From contig CAZPQJ010000007.1 in NCBI GenBank assembly GCA_964588955.1, positions 3,128 to 67,127 of the forward strand: DNA of 64,000 bases, read 5' to 3'. The stretch is from an uncultured Gammaproteobacteria bacterium. Lineage in GTDB: Bacteria > Patescibacteriota > Patescibacteriia > UBA9934 > CAMTUG01. The position numbers were made by a program, and so were the translations under genes. Below the pieces are notes generated by a model. That model ran no database searches and was not told where the DNA came from. It worked only from the letters and a program-made list of their open reading frames with translations. The number at the start of each line of letters is the position of its first letter. The first letter of the stretch is position 1. This document shows positions 57,581-64,000 of the stretch, one piece after another.

Positions 57581-57703
57581 TGGATTTTCAAAAAACGCCA
57601 GCTGCAAGGCGCGGGGAAGCCGGCGAAGGAGCCGTATCTAAACATACGGCGACAAGACGGCGGGGCCCCGCAACACAGCAGATGGCGGAATTTTGGAAAT
57701 CCA
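57581..57703. repeat. Family-B-like long palindromic element, copy 4
   Basis: 123 bp; outer tggatttt..caaaa/ttttg..gaaatcca; apical gcCGTAT-ctaaac-ATACGgc. Confidence 0.65.
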
Positions 57704-57719
57704 TAATCCAAAATATGAA

Positions 57720-57810
57720 GCGCCCCTGAAGAAGAGAGAGCTTCCTTCAGGGGCGCAAAGAGTTTCTTCGTCGCGCCCCCTTGGGAAGATTCCTCTTCTT
57801 CAGGGGCGCC
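57720..57810 (-). terminator. Multi-arm GC-rich hairpin downstream of an array gene
   Basis: gcgcccctgaagaagag can pair with either ccttcaggggcgc or ctcttcttcaggggcgc. Confidence 0.6.
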
Positions 57811-57823
57811 TCGTTGTGCCGGG

Positions 57824-59158
57824 CTAGTAGCGCGTGGACCAGATCCAGTCACCGATGATGTAGGCGATCAACTCGCCCCCGTCTTCGACACCCGACTCCT
57901 TCGAGTAGGTGTAGTAGACCTCGGAGACGCCGGACCCCGAGGAGTCCGTGCAGACCCAGGAGATTTCTCCCCGGATCTCCACGTCGTCGGTGCCCTCGCC
58001 GGTCGACTCGACCGAGAAGTTGACGCCGTCGCCGTTGACGCAACCCGCGTTGATGCGGGCGGCCTCACCGGACTCCATCGTGTACACCTCGGAGATGGTG
58101 TCGGTGCTCGACGCGGTCGTGCCCAGGGACGAATCCCAGGACCAGCCAACGCTCGTCGCGACCTCCGCCTCGGTGTACATGGCCGCGCACTCCTCGGGCG
58201 AGACCCAGGTGAACGTACAGGTGTACGTCTCCGAGCCCGAGCCCGTGTCGCCGGTGTCGGTCGTGTCCTCGATGCAGGCGGCGGGGTTGCCCTCGCCGTC
58301 GTCACCGCACACCTTCCCGGCGGACGCGCAGTCGTAGGACTCGACCGCGGTGTGCTCCTCGTTGCAGTAGTACGTCACATCCCCGACGCACTTGGGGTAC
58401 TCGGAGCAGTCGATGCCCGACCCAGTGTCGCCGGTGTCCTCGCAGGCGTCGCCCTCGTCCACGCTGCCGTCGCAGTCGTTGTCGATCCCGTCGCACTTCT
58501 CGGTGGCGCCGGGGTTGACCTCGGGGTTGGCGTCGTCGCAGTCGACATCGTCGTAGCCGTCGTCGTCCGCATCGTCGTCGGCACAGGCGTCACCTTCGTC
58601 GGAGTGGCCATCACAGTCGTCGTCGAAGCCGTTGCAGGTCTCGGTGGCGCTGGGGTTGATGGCCCAGTTCCCGTCGTCGCAATCGCCTTCGTCCTCGGTG
58701 TAGCCGTCGCCGTCCGCGTCGTCGTCGGTGTCGCAGTCCTCGTCGATCGAGCCGTCGCAGTCGTTGTCCACGCCGTTGCCGCAGATCTCGGACGCGCCGG
58801 GGTAGACGCTGGCGTCGCTGTCATTGCAGTCGACACCTTCGCCGTAGCCGTCGTTGTCGACGTCCGTGTCGGTCTCGCAGACTTCATCGACGTCGCCGTC
58901 GCAGTCGTCGTCGAGGCCGTTGCACTTCTCGGTCGCGCCGGGGTAGATGGCGGAGGAGGTGTCGTCGCAGTCAACGTCGTCGCCGTAGCCGTCGCCGTCG
59001 GCATCGACCGGACCGGTGTCCGTGTCGGTGTCGCCGGTCTCGGCCGTCTCGCCGGTCTCCGCGGTCTCGTGGGAGTCCGCGGTGTCGACCGAGCCGGTGT
59101 CTCCGACGTCGGTACGGATGTTGTTGGCAAGCCCGCAGGCCATCAGGGTGATCAACAT
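57824..59158 (-). CDS. GC-rich lipoprotein-like protein with MopE-type repeats
   Basis: GGAG SD; MLITLMAC; four repeats and a unique C-terminal domain. Confidence 0.85.
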   Translation of the reverse strand: MLITLMACGLANNIRTDVGDTGSVDTADSHETAETGETAETGDTDTDTGPVDADGDGYGDDVDCDDTSSAIYPGATEKCNGLDDDCDGDVDEVCETDTDVDNDGYGEGVDCNDSDASVYPGASEICGNGVDNDCDGSIDEDCDTDDDADGDGYTEDEGDCDDGNWAINPSATETCNGFDDDCDGHSDEGDACADDDADDDGYDDVDCDDANPEVNPGATEKCDGIDNDCDGSVDEGDACEDTGDTGSGIDCSEYPKCVGDVTYYCNEEHTAVESYDCASAGKVCGDDGEGNPAACIEDTTDTGDTGSGSETYTCTFTWVSPEECAAMYTEAEVATSVGWSWDSSLGTTASSTDTISEVYTMESGEAARINAGCVNGDGVNFSVESTGEGTDDVEIRGEISWVCTDSSGSGVSEVYYTYSKESGVEDGGELIAYIIGDWIWSTRY

Positions 59159-59251
59159 GGGGTGATACTCCGCGGCTTCAAGCCGCGCTCGCACTGTTAC
59201 GGGAACCGGAAACTCACACAGGATTGTGCGTCCGTCGTCGTTGTCCAGGAA

Positions 59252-59428
59252 TTGAACCTTTCGGACGGACGGAAGTTGGGGAACAGGATTGGGAGATAAA
59301 GATGGAGAAAGAGGGAGAAAAATGGATATTGGGAAAAAATTCTTTTCCCTTTCTCCTATCTCCTATTTTCTCCTACTTTTTCTCTATCCACCCAATTCCA
59401 CAACTTCCATCCGCCTATACAGATTCAA
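59252..59428. repeat. Family-D GGAGAAA/TTTCTCC inverted-arm element (empty) inside an outer stem
   Basis: cggacggaagttg...caacttccatccg encloses purine-rich and pyrimidine-rich arms around GGATATTGGG. Confidence 0.75.
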
Positions 59429-59534
59429 TCTCAGGTAACTGATCTTGTAAAGAACCCTCGCAGACCACGAACGTTTCATGATCTCTGAGAGTGGGTCCTC
59501 GGACTGTGTGCCGAGAACCCATCGAACGTCGAAC

Positions 59535-61028
59535 CTACTCCTCCTCGGACTCGGTCTGCTTGGCGCGGGCGGCGTCGGCTTCGGCCTTGGCTTGCGCCTG
59601 GGCTTCCAGCCGCGCCCTCTTCTGGTCGGCGAACTCGAGGCGATCACTGCCGACGATCGCCATCTTCAAGGAGAAGATCGCGCCGACACCCGCCGTGTCA
59701 TCGGTCCGCTCGTTGTGCTCCAAGGTGATGATCTGGACCCCCGTGTTGTAGGTGACCTGACCGGCCGCCTCGAACGCGAAGTTCCCGACCCGGAAGTCCC
59801 CGAAGCCGCTGAGGCCATAGAGGACTCCGCCGACCTGGGACTCCATGAGGGCGTCCTGGTCGAACAGACCGACCTGGACACCGTGCAGACCGATCACCCC
59901 GCCGATGCCGATCTCGTTGATCGGCTTCGCGTAGACACTGAACGTGCCCGCGTAGCCCAACGAGTCACCGGACAGGATCGCGCTGTAGCCACCGAACGCG
60001 GCACGGGCGTAGCGGTGATCGACGCCGAGGTGCGCTACCAGACCCGGGCCGATGAGCCCGGTGTCGAGGACGACACCCCCACCGATGCCGAGGGTGGGCC
60101 AGAACGCGCGGTTGTGCGCGTCCTTGAGCTCGGTGGTACGGACGTAGGCGGTGTCCGCGGTCTTGCGGACGGCGTCCACGATCTCGAGGGATCCCTTGAT
60201 CTCCTCGATCCGCAGGGAGTTCTCGGTCTGGAGCCCATCGATCTTCCCCTCGGCCGTCGCGAGACGACCGTTGGTCTTCACGAGCTCGCTCTGCTCGGCC
60301 TTGCCGTCGAGGCGCTTGCCGAGCAAGATCGCCGCGGCGAAGGACGAGTCCGTGGCGGAGGAGCAGTACACACTGTCTCCGCTCACCACGGTCCAGACCC
60401 CTTCGGCTCGGTTGATGGTGTACCCGTCCGGGACGCTCTGCGTGGCGGCGTAGGCGAACCCCACCGTCTCGCAGAAATCGACCCGCTGCATCTCCGCGAG
60501 GATCTTGGAGTGCTCGTCCACGGTGGCCGAGACCTTCTTCACCTCGCCGGCGGCCCAGTTGGCGGTGCGCTTCGCGTCCATCGCATCGACGACGTCCCGG
60601 TTGCCCGAGTCGGCGTCGATCGCCACCTCACACTTGAGGACGTCGGAGTCGAAGTTGAAGACGAAGCCGTCCTTCTCGCACACCGGCCGTCCGGCCTTGT
60701 CGCTCCACACCAGGCCAGAGACGGAACCGAAGTTCCCTCCGCCGATGATGGGGCGCTCGAGGTCGGACTTCCGCCAGTGGCGGATGGTGCCGTGGACGCG
60801 GTAGGACAACTCGACGGCGGCCCGCAGGCTCACCGGCTCGTCGGCCTTGGCGTCGCAGTCCGTCTTCGGGCACTCGTCCTTCTTCGGCTCGGCCTTCTTC
60901 TCGTCCGCGGCGACCGTGGTCGTCGTGGTCGTGGCCGTCGTGGCGGTGGTGGTGGCCGGGGTGGTCTTCGCGCTGGGGTTGGCGCCCGCAAACGCGGGAG
61001 CGGAAACGAGAACCAGGGAGATCAACAT
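59535..61028 (-). CDS. GC-rich secreted protein: Thr-rich linker, coiled coil and possible C-terminal beta-barrel
   Basis: GGAG SD; MLISLVLVSAPAFA signal peptide; Gly-rich amphipathic strands in the C-terminal third. Confidence 0.75.
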   Translation of the reverse strand: MLISLVLVSAPAFAGANPSAKTTPATTTATTATTTTTTVAADEKKAEPKKDECPKTDCDAKADEPVSLRAAVELSYRVHGTIRHWRKSDLERPIIGGGNFGSVSGLVWSDKAGRPVCEKDGFVFNFDSDVLKCEVAIDADSGNRDVVDAMDAKRTANWAAGEVKKVSATVDEHSKILAEMQRVDFCETVGFAYAATQSVPDGYTINRAEGVWTVVSGDSVYCSSATDSSFAAAILLGKRLDGKAEQSELVKTNGRLATAEGKIDGLQTENSLRIEEIKGSLEIVDAVRKTADTAYVRTTELKDAHNRAFWPTLGIGGGVVLDTGLIGPGLVAHLGVDHRYARAAFGGYSAILSGDSLGYAGTFSVYAKPINEIGIGGVIGLHGVQVGLFDQDALMESQVGGVLYGLSGFGDFRVGNFAFEAAGQVTYNTGVQIITLEHNERTDDTAGVGAIFSLKMAIVGSDRLEFADQKRARLEAQAQAKAEADAARAKQTESEEE

Positions 61029-61125
61029 GTCAGACTCCGTTGCGGCATTCTAGCCGCGTTGAGCACTCTTGGAACCGGGAAACTCACGCAGAATTGCGCG
61101 CCCGTCCGTTGTGTCCTTTTGGGTA

Positions 61126-61289
61126 TTGAACCTTTCGGACGGACGGAAGTCGGGGTGGGAAGATAAAATAGGAGAAATGAGGAGAAAGAAGGATATTGGG
61201 GAAGACTTTCTCCCTTTCTCCTATTTTCTCCATCTTTTTCTTTTTATCCTTCCAAGATCCACAACTTCCATCCGCCACGATCAATTCAA
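61126..61289. repeat. Family-D element (empty) inside an outer stem
   Basis: Homologous to 59252-59428. Confidence 0.75.
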
Positions 61290-61320
61290 TCCAATCTATT
61301 TTGAGTAGGTTCAGTTGTAA

Positions 61321-61398
61321 TGAACACCGATAAGGTTCGACATAGCTCAGAAACGAGGAGGAGGCGTTCTGAACGACATCAAACCGTATCGAAGGTCA
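61321..61398 (-). other. Leader hairpin with CCTCCTCCT loop
   Basis: tcagaaacg-aggaggagg-cgttctga on the plus strand, extended by cgata.ggtt/aacc.tatcg. Confidence 0.55.
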
Positions 61399-61434
61399 TT
61401 TTTAGGGACAATTCGCAGATCTTGCGAACGCCTA

Positions 61435-61463
61435 AAAGTAGCAGGAAATTGGGTTTTTGTCAA
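61435..61463 (-). promoter_or_regulatory. sigma70 promoter at the head of the array
   Basis: TTGACA-N17-TACTTT with TG extension. Confidence 0.7.
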
Positions 61464-61524
61464 GGGGTTTGTGGAGAAAATGGGAAAAATAGGAGAAATA
61501 AGGAGAAAATGGGAGAAAAATACC

Positions 61525-61625
61525 AAAACAAAACAACGTCCGCTTTATCGACCTGAGAATCACCTGTCGTGATGAGGAGGAGGCATCATGACCGTGCGGT
61601 CTCAGGCCGGCAAAAGGGGCGTTGT
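61525..61625 (-). ncRNA. Candidate ~100-nt hairpin small RNA with an anti-Shine-Dalgarno loop
   Basis: Starts ~7 nt after a -10 box at the first base of the stem ACAACG.../...CGTTGT; loop CCTCCTCCT; ends in TTTTGTTTT; no credible ORF. Confidence 0.6.
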
Positions 61626-61632
61626 GGCGGGC

Positions 61633-61661
61633 ACCTTACCAAAGCCCCGAGGGGGCGTCAA
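61633..61661 (-). promoter_or_regulatory. sigma70 promoter for the candidate sRNA
   Basis: TTGACG-N17-TAAGGT. Confidence 0.6.
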
Positions 61662-61724
61662 GAAGGTTATAAACAATAGAAAAATAGGAGAAATAAGGAG
61701 AAAGTTGGAGAAAAGTGACAAAAG

Positions 61725-62090
61725 CTATTTTTTCGAAGCCAAATCTTTTGTCGAGAAAATATATCTATTTAACAACACTTGAACCGCCCGTAATTGTGCG
61801 CGCAACAACTCTGCGTCTATAATCTGAACTTTTCCCCGCTCCAATAAGAGGTCCGTCCAATGCAGTGCTTCAATGAGAGATCCACGCGCATTGTAGTTAA
61901 ACTTGTTGCGATCAAGAAAATGAAATCTTCCAAACCCCTCCGCGATATTCGCGCCAATGGAATCAATAGCAGAAATCCACTGATCCCCAATCACTTTCTT
62001 TGTTTGCCAATCGAATTTATCATAAAGAAGCCAGGCGCATTTTGATATTTGCCTGGCCTCACGGTAAACAGCGAGATCATATAAATCCAT
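61725..62090 (-). CDS. Four-helix-bundle protein (23S rRNA IVP / TIGR02436 family)
   Basis: DLAVY, DQW..AIDSIGANIAEGFGR and ARGSL.E motifs; flanked by family-D arms. Confidence 0.9.
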   Translation of the reverse strand: MDLYDLAVYREARQISKCAWLLYDKFDWQTKKVIGDQWISAIDSIGANIAEGFGRFHFLDRNKFNYNARGSLIEALHWTDLLLERGKVQIIDAELLRAQLRAVQVLLNRYIFSTKDLASKK

Positions 62091-62132
62091 ATCCCCTTTC
62101 TCTTTTCTCCTTCTTTCTCCTACTTTTTCCCT

Positions 62133-62765
62133 CTATCCTTCATGAATCAACTGATGTCGACGACGAATGCGTTCTGCTTTTAACATGACAAAGGCTACGC
62201 CCGCCAAGCCACCAAGAACGGCTCCGGCGAAGGCGTTCAAGGGAATGTTGGGTCGCACCGGCCAGCGGGAGTTTAAGGGGTCATCGACTAATTGAATGCT
62301 GATCGATCCACCAGAGGTGTACTGCCAACCTTCGGTCACAATCACGCTCGAAAGCGCGCGGGCAATGAGTTCCGCTTGGGCAACATCTGGGTGATAGACA
62401 GCGATGGTGAGCAACCCTGTGCCGCGCGTTACCGTAGCGGCGACGGTTTTACCCCAAGTCTTGCGGCGCTTGTTGGCATCGGTGGGAAAGTAATCGCGGT
62501 CGATTTGACTAGAGGTAGCCATCACTTTGTCGAAGAAGGTGGTGGTGTAAATGACGTTGGTAATGTCTTCGGCCACGCGCTCGGCCGAACGACTGGCGGT
62601 GTAGGCATCAACGGTGCCAAGTTGTTGAATGATCAGCAAGCGTACGGTGGAGCTATAGGCCAACGGACGCAACAGAGAAAGCACCACACCCAACAAAATA
62701 CCAACAGCGGCCATGATGACAATGCTGTGCCAAAAATTTAACAAGGCGGAAGTATGGCGGGACAT
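62133..62765 (-). CDS. Wzz/CapA-like chain-length determinant family protein
   Basis: Two TM helices, YSSTVRLLI and PVRPNIPLN motifs. Confidence 0.7.
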   Translation of the reverse strand: MSRHTSALLNFWHSIVIMAAVGILLGVVLSLLRPLAYSSTVRLLIIQQLGTVDAYTASRSAERVAEDITNVIYTTTFFDKVMATSSQIDRDYFPTDANKRRKTWGKTVAATVTRGTGLLTIAVYHPDVAQAELIARALSSVIVTEGWQYTSGGSISIQLVDDPLNSRWPVRPNIPLNAFAGAVLGGLAGVAFVMLKAERIRRRHQLIHEG

Positions 62766-62900
62766 AGAAAGATAAAAATAAAAAGTAGGAGAAAAAAGGA
62801 GAAAGGAGAAAGTGGGATAAACGGAGAAAATAGGATATTGGGGAAAGGACTTTCCCCTTTCTCATACTTTATCTTTTCTCCATCTTTTTTTTATCTCTTT
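62766..62900. repeat. Family-D element (empty), intergenic
   Basis: GGAGAAA repeats, GGATATTGGGGAA core, TTTCTC repeats. Confidence 0.7.
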
Positions 62901-64000
62901 CCCAATTCTACCTCAAAGGTCATCTCCACACCAGTGCGATTCACAACAATGGTCACACGATCACCAGGATTGAAACGCGCCAACACGTCGGCGAGCGATT
63001 CCGTGTCGCTCACCGAAACATCGGAAACGCGCTCCACCACATCGCCCTTTTGCAGCCCGGCAGTAATAGCCGGTGAACCCAGAGTGATGCTAGAAATTTC
63101 TGTACCGAGACGGGACGGATGTACAGACGCACCAAGATAAGCGCGGCTCATTTCTCCGTTGCGAATAATCGTTTTGATGGCAGAGAGCATTTGATGGATA
63201 GGCAAAGCCCCCACTCCACCGACAGACCCTTCCGTTTTCGCCAGCGTCAGGGCGACAAATTCTCCAGAACTGTTGGCAACAATACCCGAAGGAAGAATGA
63301 TTTGATCAGCCAAGGCCATGTTAGACGTAAAGGTTTCCGCGGCGGTTATAGAAGTGCTGGAAATTACCTGACGCGGATTAACCACGGCGGTCGGCACAAT
63401 AGCGTCATCGCCCACCACGGCATACACCGCCTCTCCCCCTTGCATTCCTTCAGAATCACCAAACGGCACCACGGGCAACCCGGAGGCATTACTCACGTGC
63501 GCCATAACAAGCGATGAGAGCGGATCGAAGTCGATGGTGTCAATTGCGTATAGCGTGTCGCCAATGCGGGCAGAAACAAGCCCAACGGAAGCGCTGGTGA
63601 ATACGTCAGTTGTGGTAGCGATCCAGCCATCGGACGTGACCACCACCCCCACCCCTTTTTCTTGTCCGGCCGTAAACGTTCCATCTGCACTAGGGGGATA
63701 AAACAGAACAAGCGCCGGCGCGACCGAACGACGCACGTTACCAAGGGCTTCATCAACACTGCCTGGAAGCGGACGTGGTTTTGTACCAGAAAACTGGGTG
63801 TTGCTTGTATCGCTCTGCTGCAACGAAGCGCTATAGCGAATCAAATAGGTTCCGCTAGCCACGGCGCCGAGAATGCCGGCCAAGGCACCGATCACCAAAA
63901 CAGGGATGGTTAATTTCAAGATAGGCTTCAGAGCGTTTGGGATAGGCATACCAATCAATTCTTTACGGATAATCTGTCGCAGGCTGAGGCTCGCCGTAGC
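62891..64000 (-). CDS. HtrA-like trypsin-fold plus PDZ protein with degenerate active site (frame open to the window edge)
   Basis: TM, GVVVTSDGWIAT, PDZ GSPAITAGLQKGDVV; the start may be at 63949 or beyond the window. Confidence 0.8.
   Translation of the reverse strand, partial: ATASLSLRQIIRKELIGMPIPNALKPILKLTIPVLVIGALAGILGAVASGTYLIRYSASLQQSDTSNTQFSGTKPRPLPGSVDEALGNVRRSVAPALVLFYPPSADGTFTAGQEKGVGVVVTSDGWIATTTDVFTSASVGLVSARIGDTLYAIDTIDFDPLSSLVMAHVSNASGLPVVPFGDSEGMQGGEAVYAVVGDDAIVPTAVVNPRQVISSTSITAAETFTSNMALADQIILPSGIVANSSGEFVALTLAKTEGSVGGVGALPIHQMLSAIKTIIRNGEMSRAYLGASVHPSRLGTEISSITLGSPAITAGLQKGDVVERVSDVSVSDTESLADVLARFNPGDRVTIVVNRTGVEMTFEVELGKR

Noticed and set aside
49633-61166. Long plus-strand and alternative-frame ORFs (e.g. 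49633..51207, 54677..56770, 59478..61166)
   Set aside because: They are shadows of high-GC3 repetitive genes on the minus strand: V/A/G- or T/R-rich, with no SD or signal peptide. The same applies to the antisense ORFs in nrdJ and the S-layer-like gene.
61525-61625. SRP (4.5S) RNA or 6S RNA
   Set aside because: Lacks the SRP domain IV GNRA tetraloop with CAGG/AGCA internal loops, and is too short with no central bubble for 6S. An Rfam search is still needed.
61725-62090. Diversity-generating retroelement (four-helix bundle as Avd, repeat genes as targets)
   Set aside because: No reverse transcriptase in the window, and no template/variable repeat pair with adenine-specific differences was seen.
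1-64000. CRISPR array, prophage or IS transposase
   Set aside because: No regularly spaced direct repeats with unique spacers, and no cas, phage structural, integrase or transposase ORFs. The excisionase-like HTH gene stands alone among cellular genes.

Overview
This window looks like bacterial chromosomal DNA from a Patescibacteria/CPR genome (inferred from gene content; ABY1/Uhrbacteria-like). It carries ftsI and the start of murF, two divergent tRNA-Pro genes, and a class II (B12-dependent) ribonucleotide reductase cluster (nrdJ, ribH, yjjX, PEP-mobile-domain protein, btuR) with NrdR and DnaA boxes. It also encodes HU, an RRM protein, a giant coiled-coil protein, glycosylation genes, an S-layer-like protein and an ECF sigma/anti-sigma pair. 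The most striking feature is at 49.3-61.7 kb: seven GC-rich, separately punctuated genes. Six are MopE-repeat lipoprotein-like proteins and one is a possible beta-barrel protein. All seven have a Shine-Dalgarno site and a downstream hairpin, and most have their own sigma70 promoter. Native genes mostly lack an SD, and seven of them start exactly 9 nt after a -10 box. At the head of the array is a promoter-delimited ~100-nt hairpin RNA candidate with an anti-SD loop (CCUCCUCCU); the same loop recurs in the leader of the first array gene. Several families of long intergenic hairpins are also present, including arms that occur both empty and around a four-helix-bundle gene. All calls are by eye; no searches or folding programs were run.
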